A program made the translations under genes and the position numbers. The notes below the pieces were generated by a model. That model did not search any database. It saw only the letters and a program-made list of their open reading frames with translations, and had not been told where the DNA came from. Shown here piece by piece: positions 30,422-40,862 of a stretch of 64,000 bases of DNA; the stretch's first letter is position 1, and each line of letters opens with the position of its first letter. This stretch comes from Promethearchaeota archaeon (GTDB lineage: Archaea > Asgardarchaeota > Lokiarchaeia > Sigyniarchaeales > SOKP01), in the NCBI GenBank assembly GCA_019057795.1, contig JAHLWS010000038.1, positions 40,734 through 104,733 on the forward strand, in the 5' to 3' direction.

Positions 30422-31540
30422 ATGAATGATTTTTTAGAAGAAATAAAATCTCAACCAGAAGCTCTTAAAGACACGTTTAACTACATTGTAGGAGAAGGTA
30501 AACCTCAATTTTTAAAAATAAGAGACTTTATAAAAAAAGGTGGTATTACTAAACTTATTTTTACGGGTATGGGTTCAAGTTTTATCAGCTCTTTCTTACC
30601 TTACTATATTTTAAATCAGTATGGAATCGCTGTTGAAATTCGAGAAGCAGGAGAATTCTTGTTTAATACATTTCCTAACGTTAAGCAGAATTGCTTTAAA
30701 GACATAGGAATTATAATTATTTCACAATCTGGAGAATCTGGGGAAATTAGAGAACTATTAAGGAAAATAAATGCAATAGATCTTAATGATAAGCCGTTAA
30801 CAATTGGTATTACGAATAATCCTGATAGTTATTTAGCTTACATGACAGAATTACAAGTTTATATGAATTTTGACGAAGAGGTTTCAGTTACTACGAAAAG
30901 TTATGTTTGTACGCTGCTATTGCTGTATGTTATGGCAAAAACAATAATAGGCGAATTCTTTACAAATGAAACCGAAATTCAAAATGTAGAAGCCTTCTTA
31001 GGGGAAGTTCGAAGATTTTTACAAGATCAGAAACAGATTAATAAGATATGGAAGAAGCTTCTATCTTCATTTGGATACGATATTGATTTTTTAGAAATTC
31101 TCGCACTAAGTTCTTCTTTAACTACTGCGCATCAAGCGGCATTAAATTTTAAAGAAATCGTAAAATCTTATTCGGAAGCAAGTTCTATATCAACTTTTAG
31201 ACACGGTGGTATTGAATGCTTAAAAGAGAGTACTAAACTTATAATTCTTTCATCCGATAAAGAGAATTTCGCTTTTAACATTCAATTCATAGATAAATTA
31301 GTTAACAAATGGGCTTGTGGGAAAATTCTACATATCACAAATCAAGAATTTGACGAAAAAACAAAGAAATTACACGATAATCCTAAGATTATAACTTATA
31401 AGCATAATATAAAAGACCCTCATTTAGCACCGATAATGGAAATAATAATTCTTCAATTACTATTTTACAAGATGGCAGAAAAAAAAGGAATTGAACCAGG
31501 TAAGTTTTTATATTCACAGAAAATAACCAACGACATATAA
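30422..31540 (+). CDS. SIS-domain sugar-phosphate isomerase (GlmS/AgaS-like)
   Basis: EIxxQP, GMGSS, SQSGES, TKSY, FRHG. Confidence 0.88.
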   Translation: MNDFLEEIKSQPEALKDTFNYIVGEGKPQFLKIRDFIKKGGITKLIFTGMGSSFISSFLPYYILNQYGIAVEIREAGEFLFNTFPNVKQNCFKDIGIIIISQSGESGEIRELLRKINAIDLNDKPLTIGITNNPDSYLAYMTELQVYMNFDEEVSVTTKSYVCTLLLLYVMAKTIIGEFFTNETEIQNVEAFLGEVRRFLQDQKQINKIWKKLLSSFGYDIDFLEILALSSSLTTAHQAALNFKEIVKSYSEASSISTFRHGGIECLKESTKLIILSSDKENFAFNIQFIDKLVNKWACGKILHITNQEFDEKTKKLHDNPKIITYKHNIKDPHLAPIMEIIILQLLFYKMAEKKGIEPGKFLYSQKITNDI

Positions 31541-31594
31541 CAATATTAAGATATTAAGAAAAATACTTCTTATTTAGTTTAAAATTTAATTCAA

Positions 31595-32884
31595 TTGTTG
31601 GAAAAGATGGAAACAACTGTTACGGTACAAACTTTTAGAAGCTATATATTTTTTTGGGCTGGTCAATTATTTTCCTTGTTAGGCTCATCTATAGTTCAAA
31701 TTGTAATAATATATTGGATAACAATTGAAACCGAAAGTTTGACGATAATATCAATAGCCGCTTTTTTCTCCTTTCTACCACAATTTATTCTTGGACCTCT
31801 CGCGGGCGTATTTACTGATAGATGGAACAGAAAATTGTTAATAGGTCTTTCTGATTTTTTTCAAGCACTTACAACTTTTAGTTTAGTTTTATTATTTTTT
31901 TTTAATATTCAGCAAGTATGGTTAATAATTTTGATTAATAGTATTAGAGGGGTATTTCAAGCATTTCATTGGCCAGTTGTAAACGCAATAATTCCCTTAA
32001 TGATACCAAAGAAACATTTAAGCAGAATGAATGGTATTAATTATTTTTTTACCGGTTTAGTTAATACAATGGGACCAATTATAGCTATCAGTTTATTACT
32101 ATTACTTCCAATTGATCAAATATTATGGGTTGACATACTTACTTTTTTGATTGCGATAACTCCACTATTATTAATAAAAATACCTCCTTTACCGAAGAAA
32201 CCTATTACTAAACATGAAAAATCGTATTTGAAAGAATTTAAAATAGGGTTTAAAGCAATTAAAATTGTTCCAGGGCTTCTAACCTTACTCTTTGTAGCGA
32301 CTATTTTAAACTTTTTAGGGAATCCCTTTAACACTTTAATAATATATTATATAAAAGTGACTCATGTCGGGACCGATAGCAATCTAGCTATTGTTCTAGC
32401 ATCAATTCAAGCTGGGATGTTTGTTGGAGCTATGATCGTAGTTACTAAAAAGGTTTGGAATAAAAAACCCTTAATTATCTTTGCTGGAATTTTAATAGGT
32501 GAGATCGGACACTTAATATTAGCCATGGCACCTCCACAAAATTTTCTTATGATTAGTATTGGTGGCTTCATGTTTGCGTTTATTGTTCCTTTTGTTAACA
32601 CCATGTTTTTAACGATTCTACAAACCGTCATACCTCCAGATAAACAAGGACGAGTTATGTCTAATGTAATTACTATTGTAACTTTAGTTTCTCCAGTAGC
32701 AATGATAATATCAGGACCGATAGCAGAACTGATTGGTATTACGACCCTTTTTGTTATATGCGCCGTGCTAAATTTTATTTTTATAATATGTGTTTGGATT
32801 TTTTCAAATGTTAGAAATAATGATTACGATAAAGTGTATGAATATGAATTGGATGAAAATATTAATTACCAAAATAGTTTTTAA
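31595..32884 (+). CDS. MFS transporter (DHA3/MefA-like)
   Basis: WAGQLFSLLGS, AGVFTDRWNRK, QGRV; about 12 TM. Confidence 0.9.
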   Translation: MLEKMETTVTVQTFRSYIFFWAGQLFSLLGSSIVQIVIIYWITIETESLTIISIAAFFSFLPQFILGPLAGVFTDRWNRKLLIGLSDFFQALTTFSLVLLFFFNIQQVWLIILINSIRGVFQAFHWPVVNAIIPLMIPKKHLSRMNGINYFFTGLVNTMGPIIAISLLLLLPIDQILWVDILTFLIAITPLLLIKIPPLPKKPITKHEKSYLKEFKIGFKAIKIVPGLLTLLFVATILNFLGNPFNTLIIYYIKVTHVGTDSNLAIVLASIQAGMFVGAMIVVTKKVWNKKPLIIFAGILIGEIGHLILAMAPPQNFLMISIGGFMFAFIVPFVNTMFLTILQTVIPPDKQGRVMSNVITIVTLVSPVAMIISGPIAELIGITTLFVICAVLNFIFIICVWIFSNVRNNDYDKVYEYELDENINYQNSF

Positions 32885-32939
32885 AAAATAGCTTTTTAAT
32901 TATTTTATACATCCCATTAAAACTTTATATTAAAAAAAA

Positions 32940-34076
32940 ATGACGAAAGCAATAATTTTATCGGGTGGATGGGGTACTCGTTTACGCCCTTTGACATGTA
33001 CTATACCCAAAACATTAATTCCAATCGTGAATAAACCAGTTATTGAGCGGCAGATGCTCTTATTAAAAGCAGCTGGAGTTAAAGAAGTAGTTTTAGCCGT
33101 AAGTGTGATGGATGATATTGTTAAAAGCTATTTCAAGGAAGGTAGAATGTTAGGAATAAAAATCCATTATACAAACGAAAAACATCCAATGGGAACTGCG
33201 GGAGCAATTAAATTAGCAGAATCTTACCTCGAAAATGATAACTTTTTCATGTTAAATGGAGATGTAATTTTGAATTATGACTTTAGCGATATGCTTAAAT
33301 TTCACGAAAAGTGTAAAGGTATTGGAACAATAGCCAGTAAAACCGTAGAAGATCCCTCAAGATATGGCGTATTGATAGTAAATAATGAAACACACCAACT
33401 ACTAAATTTTCTTGAAAAGGACGAATACACTCCTCCAGACGGCAAATATGTTCCTATGCCTATTAATGCTGGTGTGTATATCCTAGAACCTGAAATATTT
33501 TCCTTTATCGAACCAAATAAAAAAGTTTCTATTGAAAGGGGCGTATTTCCTAAAGTTTCCGATAAAAATAAGCTCTATCATTACCCAATTAGTGGAATAT
33601 GGAGCGATGTTGGTAATCCTTACGATTTATTGCAAGGAAATGTTCTATTAATGAACGACTTAATAAAAAATCAGAAAGGAAATGTAAAAAATTTAATAGA
33701 ACCTTCTACAGACATCCATCCAAGCGTAAAAATTTATCCTCCTTGTACAATTGGTGAAAGCGTTGTAATTCGAGGTAATTGTAAAGTTGGTCCGAATGTA
33801 ATAATCGGCGACAATGTATCTATTAATAACCATTCCGAACTTAAGGAGTGTCTAATCTTTAACAAGACACATATCTCAAGTAATGTTCAAATCGAAAAAG
33901 CTATCATCGCTGATAATTGTAATATCCAAGAAAATGTAAAATTGAAAGGTAATAACGAAAATTTAATAATTTTAGCCTCATATGTACAAGTTTCGAAAAA
34001 CCTCGAATTAATTGCCCCTAAAACAATCTCATTGACGGTATGTCATCACGAAGTAGTAAAAGAAAGTTTAAAGTAA
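32940..34076 (+). CDS. NDP-sugar pyrophosphorylase (mannose-1-phosphate guanylyltransferase-like)
   Basis: GGWGTRLRPLT..PK, GTAG, NGD, left-handed beta-helix tail. Confidence 0.9.
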   Translation: MTKAIILSGGWGTRLRPLTCTIPKTLIPIVNKPVIERQMLLLKAAGVKEVVLAVSVMDDIVKSYFKEGRMLGIKIHYTNEKHPMGTAGAIKLAESYLENDNFFMLNGDVILNYDFSDMLKFHEKCKGIGTIASKTVEDPSRYGVLIVNNETHQLLNFLEKDEYTPPDGKYVPMPINAGVYILEPEIFSFIEPNKKVSIERGVFPKVSDKNKLYHYPISGIWSDVGNPYDLLQGNVLLMNDLIKNQKGNVKNLIEPSTDIHPSVKIYPPCTIGESVVIRGNCKVGPNVIIGDNVSINNHSELKECLIFNKTHISSNVQIEKAIIADNCNIQENVKLKGNNENLIILASYVQVSKNLELIAPKTISLTVCHHEVVKESLK

Positions 34077-34078
34077 AA

Positions 34079-34891
34079 ATGAGCGATCAATTAGCACCTG
34101 AAAAAATTTATTTCAAAGTACTTAATAACGAAGTAGGAAAGAAGGACGCCTTAAAGCTATTCGAATCGTTAATAAATAAAAGTGATAACGAGGATATTAG
34201 ATATTCAAGCTTAGAATATATCGGTAAATTATCGATTGAAGACGAACTAACCTTTAACATAATTGAGAATTGCTTAATTTCTGATGAGTCTACTTTAGTT
34301 AGATTTGAAGCGGCTAAAGTATTGATCCAGAACTTTCCAGCACGGGAACACGAACCTTTATTATGGGCGATCCAAAATGAAAAATCTATATATTTCTTTA
34401 AAAAACTATTAGATTTATTTGAAACAGGCGAGTATCCTCAATTTGAAGAAATTCGAGAAAAAGCTTTAAAAAAAATTAGAACTTATTATAACTTAAATTC
34501 AGCAGACTCAAAATTTATTCTCGATATCGATTACTTAGATTATATGAAATTTAGGAGCGAATTAAAGAATTTTTTACAAAAGTTTGAGTTATCAGACGAA
34601 GCTAAACAAGTACTAATTAAAGAAAATACCGAAATAGGGTATAAAGGACTAGGTTGCGTTAGAGCTGCCAAAAAAGGCTTCATATTAAGTTTGTCTCTCA
34701 AAGACCTTAAAGAAATTCCATCGTCGATTTGTAAGCTATCAAAATTAGAATCCTTAGAAATATCTTATTGTAAACTAGAAAAATATCCAGATCCTTGCCC
34801 AAATCTTTTGTCACTTAAGAAATTAGTTTTCAGCAACAATCAGTTAGACAATTTACCTAGCTGGGTTATAGAGTTTGCAAACAAAAATTAA
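34079..34891 (+). CDS. HEAT-repeat plus leucine-rich-repeat protein
   Basis: HEAT (IRYSSL.., VRFEAA); LRRs LxxLxLxxNxLxxLP; start at 34079 preferred over 34040. Confidence 0.75.
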   Translation: MSDQLAPEKIYFKVLNNEVGKKDALKLFESLINKSDNEDIRYSSLEYIGKLSIEDELTFNIIENCLISDESTLVRFEAAKVLIQNFPAREHEPLLWAIQNEKSIYFFKKLLDLFETGEYPQFEEIREKALKKIRTYYNLNSADSKFILDIDYLDYMKFRSELKNFLQKFELSDEAKQVLIKENTEIGYKGLGCVRAAKKGFILSLSLKDLKEIPSSICKLSKLESLEISYCKLEKYPDPCPNLLSLKKLVFSNNQLDNLPSWVIEFANKN

Positions 34892-34955
34892 AATTAAAAA
34901 ACTATTTACAGAATAATCCGAGAGAAAACTCATAAAATCATATGGAGCATGTAAT

Positions 34956-35243
34956 ATGGAAGATTTGAAGGAAAAAGGTTTAAAAATATATAACGCAATG
35001 TTTCAAGGAGCTAAAAATGTTGAAATTGATGAGATTGAATACACCATTAAAAAATTTTCAAGCGGAATTAAATTTGTTGATTTATTTGGGTACCGCTTTA
35101 TCGAACAAAATCGCAACAAAAAATCAGAATGGGGGAAAAAAGCTCGAGAGGGCCATAAAATTATGTGGATAATTAAAGGAAGAAAATACATCTCCCAAAT
35201 AATAGATGGAGAATATATCGAATTAAAGAAAAAATCAGTGTAA
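34956..35243 (+). CDS. Hypothetical protein
   Basis: 95-aa ORF with FIEQN..K.S.W...AREGH.IMW conserved-looking motif. Confidence 0.7.
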   Translation: MEDLKEKGLKIYNAMFQGAKNVEIDEIEYTIKKFSSGIKFVDLFGYRFIEQNRNKKSEWGKKAREGHKIMWIIKGRKYISQIIDGEYIELKKKSV

Positions 35244-35600
35244 AATTGTTTCATTTTTGAAAAAATACTCATAATCTACATATAAATTTATACAATTTCA
35301 AAAGCAATTCATTTAATCGCTTATCAGAATTTAAAGTCTTCAGAATTACATCCAATGTAGTTCATTCGACTTAATTTCAGAAAAAAAAGAAGAATAGATG
35401 AAGATCTGAAGATATAAACCGTTTTAAAAATGGGATCGTCCTCCCATTTAATGTTTTAAAGTGTTACAGAATCACATTATTTAGTATTACTCAGAATTCT
35501 GAAACCACAAAGACTGAACTCCAGATTATTTTTAATTATATAATGCTATTTTGTAATTGTATAAAAATAAAAATAACTTAAAATGGAGAATTGAAACATA

Positions 35601-35789
35601 ATGAATGAATTAGTAGAAATTAATGTTGAATATTATGAATTTTTGAGTGTCATTCACGAAATATCGAGAAAATCGCAATCTATACAGAAAGATTTAATAA
35701 GAAAAGTCTATCAGAATTATGATTTGAGTCTATATCGAAAAAAATTAGAGAAAGAAATAGCAGAACTCGATAAATTAATAATTAAGTAG
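35601..35789 (+). CDS. Small hypothetical protein
   Basis: 62-aa ORF with upstream GGAG. Confidence 0.5.
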   Translation: MNELVEINVEYYEFLSVIHEISRKSQSIQKDLIRKVYQNYDLSLYRKKLEKEIAELDKLIIK

Positions 35790-35853
35790 AATACCTACTT
35801 ATCTTTTAAATCCTTTTTTTTTAATTTAAACTTTTAAATAATTGATATTTTTT

Positions 35854-36453
35854 TTATATTTTGTCTAATTTTCCTGCAATTAATTCCAAATAAGATTTTC
35901 TAATTGATTCTTCCTTTTTAATTCCAAATTTCTCTAAAAATTGAAAAAGAATCTTTCTACTTTTCTTTATATCTTCGTACGATTCGGTCATTAATTCAAC
36001 TTCTACGAAATGTTGCTTTAAAATAGGTAAATAATCGATTAAAGCTTCGATTCTCACATCTTTAAATAAAAATTCATATAATTCTCTTTCTTTAACGACG
36101 GTAAACACTTCTCTAAATCCTAATAGTTTGAGAAGATTTTTCATATCTTCAATTTCATTTATTTTTACCTCGATCTCTTCTCTTGTTTTGGTTGTTATAT
36201 CAATTTTTTTACCTTTATAGGTTATAAAATAGTTAATTTTCTGAGTTTTTTCTGAATTATCCTTATTAAATTCAATGGATTTTCTTAATCTTAGTGCTTC
36301 GTCAGTTTGTTTAAAATCCCTTAATCCTTTAGGCATATTAAAATATGTGTCTTCATGGTGTAAAGAAATTTTGTAAACCCCTTTGTTCTCTTCAAATCTT
36401 TTCCTCACTTGATTAGGATCAGAAATTTTAACTTTAATTTCGACTTCAATCAT
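35854..36453 (-). CDS. cyaB: CYTH-domain protein (class IV adenylate cyclase-like)
   Basis: EVEIK, DTYF, ALRLR, TYKG, REEIE, FVEVE, SYLEL. Confidence 0.9.
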   Translation of the reverse strand: MIEVEIKVKISDPNQVRKRFEENKGVYKISLHHEDTYFNMPKGLRDFKQTDEALRLRKSIEFNKDNSEKTQKINYFITYKGKKIDITTKTREEIEVKINEIEDMKNLLKLLGFREVFTVVKERELYEFLFKDVRIEALIDYLPILKQHFVEVELMTESYEDIKKSRKILFQFLEKFGIKKEESIRKSYLELIAGKLDKI

Positions 36454-36598
36454 AATGCTACTCTTTTCTATATTAATAACAAATATATAAAATTAATTTT
36501 TATTAAGTAATAATAGTTTCACTTAGAGTTGATAATTAATTTCCCAGAACTTTAAAACTGCTCATAAACTCGCAGAAAAGTACGGATATCTCCCTTAT

Positions 36599-37504
36599 AT
36601 GATTGAAAGATATATTCAATTCTTAGGATTAGATGAAACATTAAAATTATTAGAGGCAAATGAGCGGCCATTATTACCCTCAATACGTATTAATACTCTT
36701 AAAATTTCTATTTCAGAAATAAAAAAACGAATAGAAAAGAAAGGAAATGAGTTAGAACCAATTGAATGGATTCCTTATGGATTTAATATTGTTAAAGAAA
36801 GTTTTAATTTAGGCTCTTCTCATGAATTTCTACAAGGTTATTATTATTTACAAAACATTGCTTCAATGCTTTCAGCTATTATTCTCGACCCTAAGCCAAA
36901 TGATACTGTTATTGATATGTGCGCAGCTCCCGGAAGTAAGGCAACCCATTTAGCTCAACTAATGGAAAATGAAGGCACACTTATTCTAATTGATAAAAAT
37001 AAAAATCGAATTCCTGCTTTAGAAATTAATCTGCGTAGAATGGGGATTATAAACTCTATAGTACTTAATATGGATGCTATATATTTATCAAATTTAAATA
37101 CCAAGGGTGATAAAATTCTGTTAGATGCCCCGTGTACTGGAGAAGGATTGATACGACAAGATAAAAGTAGAAAGAAAAGCAAAAAAATGAGAGATCTTGA
37201 AAAAATGGCTGTAATTCAAAAGAAATTATTAAAAGCAGGATTAAAGGGACTAAAAACCGGAGGAAAGATGTTATATTGTACATGTTCTATTGCTCCTGAA
37301 GAAAATGAGTTAGTTGTAAATCATGTTTTAAATGATTTAAATAATTGTTCCATTGTTAAGATTTCTAGAGATTATGGTGTGAAAGGATTAACTGAAGTTT
37401 TTGGAATTAACTTATTAGATGATTTGAAATTCTCACAACGGTTATATCCTCATATTCATGATACTATAGGATTTTACTTCTGTCTTATAAAAAAAGTGGA
37501 TTGA
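36599..37504 (+). CDS. NOL1/NOP2/RsmB RNA m5C methyltransferase
   Basis: DMCAAPGSK, DAPCTG, YCTCS..PEENE; frame stays open about 21 codons upstream, so the true start may be earlier. Confidence 0.92.
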   Translation: MIERYIQFLGLDETLKLLEANERPLLPSIRINTLKISISEIKKRIEKKGNELEPIEWIPYGFNIVKESFNLGSSHEFLQGYYYLQNIASMLSAIILDPKPNDTVIDMCAAPGSKATHLAQLMENEGTLILIDKNKNRIPALEINLRRMGIINSIVLNMDAIYLSNLNTKGDKILLDAPCTGEGLIRQDKSRKKSKKMRDLEKMAVIQKKLLKAGLKGLKTGGKMLYCTCSIAPEENELVVNHVLNDLNNCSIVKISRDYGVKGLTEVFGINLLDDLKFSQRLYPHIHDTIGFYFCLIKKVD

Positions 37505-37599
37505 TTTTTTTTTGTAGAATTTTGGTCTATATGATTTTATATGATTAAGTCAATTATTTTTTCATATAATTTGTATTATTCTGTGGAATCCTCCTTATT

Positions 37600-38613
37600 A
37601 TGTTGAATTATTTAAGAGATGATCTTAAGACTAATTCTAATACTCTAGATCCCAGATTATTTGTTTCCCAAGATAAGTTATACTTATATTTATTAAGAAA
37701 CAATCTTTATAGAATTCTTAACAGAAGTATAAAGGACACCATTTTTAAGAAATTAATAAAACTTGAAATTCTGAAAGCTCCTAAAGGAACAATTACAGAT
37801 CTTTTAAGATTTTTTAACGAATTAGAAGAAGAATTATATAAATTTGTATATCAAGTATCCCATTTAGATTTACTTATACAATTGTTTATCTCTAATATGA
37901 AAACTCAGATTTTAACTAAAGCAATCGGATTAGAACATCAGACTGTAAAGAGAGTTATAGAGATCGCTGAAGAGATTTTGAGTAAAAATAAAGTAATGAA
38001 TGTGGAAATTTTATACAAGGTGGCAAAAAAAAGATTAAAAATACCTAGAAATGGTCTCTTATTTATAATACAATTTTTAATAAATAAAAAAATATTGATT
38101 GAGGGTTCAAAATTCTCAAGGGAAACAGTTCTTTCAAATTATATTAGAAATAGGATTTATAGATATATAACAATAAATCCTGGAGCACACTTTTCAATTC
38201 TAAGAAAAAAAGCTTTATTAGAAGAAACGGGGAGTTCTGGACAATTAGTATGGCATTTGGAGATGCTTCTAAAATTTAATTACATTAAAAAGATAAAAGT
38301 TGGGCATTACACTGTTTTTCTTCCATATGAACTTGATGAGAATGTTGGGAAAATCCTCTTCATCTTAAGAGATCGAATAAATGACAAAATAATTCATCTC
38401 CTTATTGAGAATGAAACTTTCATCAAATCGGATATATATAAAAAAATTAATGAAAAGAGAGCGGATGTATATTATCGCATCAATAATTTATTAGAACATG
38501 GTATAATTACTTTAAACCAAGATTTGGACAAAGAAATGTGTATAAACCATGATTTAAGGGAAGATATCATTAAAATTATAGATACAACAAAATCTTTTAT
38601 TAAAAAAACATAA
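37600..38613 (+). CDS. Multi winged-HTH transcriptional regulator (start may be Met at ~37897)
   Basis: R.RIY.YI..NPG.HF, WHL.ML, tandem wHTH. Confidence 0.75.
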   Translation: MLNYLRDDLKTNSNTLDPRLFVSQDKLYLYLLRNNLYRILNRSIKDTIFKKLIKLEILKAPKGTITDLLRFFNELEEELYKFVYQVSHLDLLIQLFISNMKTQILTKAIGLEHQTVKRVIEIAEEILSKNKVMNVEILYKVAKKRLKIPRNGLLFIIQFLINKKILIEGSKFSRETVLSNYIRNRIYRYITINPGAHFSILRKKALLEETGSSGQLVWHLEMLLKFNYIKKIKVGHYTVFLPYELDENVGKILFILRDRINDKIIHLLIENETFIKSDIYKKINEKRADVYYRINNLLEHGIITLNQDLDKEMCINHDLREDIIKIIDTTKSFIKKT

Positions 38614-38639
38614 TTAATCGTTAGAGAAGAGGAAAGAGA

Positions 38640-39959
38640 ATGGTTTTAAATTGGAATATTGAGGTTATTGTTGATTTTTTGTGCTTTGCGCTTACTTTCA
38701 TTCTTACAATAGTTTCATACTATACTCCAAGAGCTAAAAAGATTAAATCGCTATTTTTTATTAGATTAGGCTTTATCTCTTTTTGGATCTTTATATTATT
38801 AGATGGGCTGTCAATTCTATTTTTAAATGAATATCTAGGTGTTCTTAGTGGATTTCTTCTTATTCCAGCAGCATTATTTATAATAATTGGTGTAAATTAT
38901 ACAATCAAAGACCACTTTTATTCCTTTGGATTTCTTATCACTTTTGGCTTAACTGTGTTATTCATATATATTGGAATCCAACCCGGTGCTGTGGAAATAG
39001 GACCACAAGCGGGATATCTAGGAATAAGGTGGATAGGGTTATTTAGTACTTTGGGAACGATATTAACTGGTATCTCGTTGTTTTATTTATTTTATTGGGG
39101 TATAAAGACGTGGATAAATGCACCATTTTTGATTAAAAAAGAAGCATCTATATTTTTTATCGGAGTTTTTTTCGTTTGCCCTTGTGGTTTTATCTTTTAT
39201 ATCTTGTACTTTTTTGACCCAATTTATATTATATTTAGTGATTTTTCTATACTTATAGGTGCTATAATCCTAATATTCACTGTTTTAAGGGAACCTAAAC
39301 TATTATATATATTACCCTTTTCAATCCATAGAATTGTTGTTAAAGACAGGAACGGTCATCCCTTATATGATCATGATTGGTCTGAAACAAATATAAGTGA
39401 AGCAATTTTCACAGGCTTTTTAAATGCAGTACAACTTATGAGTGAAGAAGTAATGAATATTGGAGGTCTTTTAGATATTAATCTAGAAGAAGGTATTTTG
39501 ATATTAAAAGAATCTAAAAATATAACTGTAGGTTTAGTCGCCTCAAAAACTTCAAAATTGTTAAGAGATTCTGTAATTAAGTTCACTGATGATTTTGAGA
39601 AGAAATTTGAACGAGAATTAAAAAGATCGGTTAAGGATATGGCTCAATACGATGCAGCATTCGAATTGATTGAAAAGTATTTTTCAAACTTTCCATATAA
39701 GATTATTAAAAGCAAAAAACAACCCCTCCTTCTAACAGGAAAATACGTAAAAATTCCATTAGAACTAGAAAACAAACTTCGAAAAATATTTCCAGATGAA
39801 GAAGAATATGAAGCTATTAAAACTGAATTGATAAAATCACCCCTCTCGTTTACTTCTGGATTCACCAAGCTTTATAACGAGTTAAAAGATGAGATTGAAA
39901 AAATCTCAGATGAAGAAATGAAATTTTTAGATGAAAATTACGACAGAAACAATCAATAG
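38640..39959 (+). CDS. 7-TM membrane protein with cytosolic longin/roadblock-like domain
   Basis: Seven hydrophobic segments, then IVVKDRNGHPLY..IFTGFLNAVQ.MSEEV..G.L..I. Confidence 0.7.
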   Translation: MVLNWNIEVIVDFLCFALTFILTIVSYYTPRAKKIKSLFFIRLGFISFWIFILLDGLSILFLNEYLGVLSGFLLIPAALFIIIGVNYTIKDHFYSFGFLITFGLTVLFIYIGIQPGAVEIGPQAGYLGIRWIGLFSTLGTILTGISLFYLFYWGIKTWINAPFLIKKEASIFFIGVFFVCPCGFIFYILYFFDPIYIIFSDFSILIGAIILIFTVLREPKLLYILPFSIHRIVVKDRNGHPLYDHDWSETNISEAIFTGFLNAVQLMSEEVMNIGGLLDINLEEGILILKESKNITVGLVASKTSKLLRDSVIKFTDDFEKKFERELKRSVKDMAQYDAAFELIEKYFSNFPYKIIKSKKQPLLLTGKYVKIPLELENKLRKIFPDEEEYEAIKTELIKSPLSFTSGFTKLYNELKDEIEKISDEEMKFLDENYDRNNQ

Positions 39960-40192
39960 TATTACGGGTTAAAGCATTAAATTTGATTATTCTCTTTTTT
40001 TTTAGAAGTTTTTTTATAATATTTACGTATAAATTTGGTCCTAGTGATTTTATATTGATAAAACATATAATGATTTTTGGGATATATTAGGATATTTGAG
40101 AGATTTGGGCGGAATCCTCCCTTTTAATGAATTTAGGAGTAGGATAAATTGATCTTTACTCTCGAAAACGAAAAAACCTAAGCTATAAATAT

Positions 40193-40783
40193 TCATTTTT
40201 TTAATTGTTTTCTCCTTAAATAATATCCTTTATCTAATAAATTAAAAGCAGCTATATTATTTGGGTCCATTTTTTTAAATGAACTAGAATCTATTCGAGC
40301 TCTTGATATAGCAATAATCTCATTGTTTTGATTAAAAACAGCAAGAAAGTCGTTTTTTTTTGACTCTAATGGCATCATTCTTACCATCTTTTTTAAAATA
40401 TTATTTCCATAAAGAATTGATTTCTCTCCTTCTTTATTTACGATGATCTGTTTACTTTTTGGAATTTTATCATGGTTATGGATAAATTCAGCTCCTTCTA
40501 AACTTAAAAAGAAAATTCCCTTCTTAATGAAACCAAAATAAACACCTGCTGAACATACGATTTCTACTTTAAGGATTTTTTCCAAAAGATTACCTTGATC
40601 ACGGGAAATTAAATAGATTGAGGGAAACTTGGTTTCAGCTTCCAACCTATTTAAGGAAATATATAATCTATAGTCGTTTTTCTCGAAAAAGGGTAATATA
40701 TTGGGGGATAATTTTATAAGGGAGTCGTAAATCATCGTTGTTTCAATTATATTAACAAGCCTAAAAGTTTTAAAATCTCTCAT
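40193..40783 (-). CDS. NIP7-like PUA-domain ribosome biogenesis protein
   Basis: AGVYFG, F.LSLEG, LYGN.I, DKGYYLR; start trimmed to MRDFK because the longer ORF overlaps the ESCRT-II gene. Confidence 0.8.
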   Translation of the reverse strand: MRDFKTFRLVNIIETTMIYDSLIKLSPNILPFFEKNDYRLYISLNRLEAETKFPSIYLISRDQGNLLEKILKVEIVCSAGVYFGFIKKGIFFLSLEGAEFIHNHDKIPKSKQIIVNKEGEKSILYGNNILKKMVRMMPLESKKNDFLAVFNQNNEIIAISRARIDSSSFKKMDPNNIAAFNLLDKGYYLRRKQLKK

Positions 40784-40862
40784 TCTCGAATAAAATAAAA
40801 AGAAATAAGTAATTTTATTATTATTAATCAAATAAGGTATTAAATAATAGTGATATTGAAAA

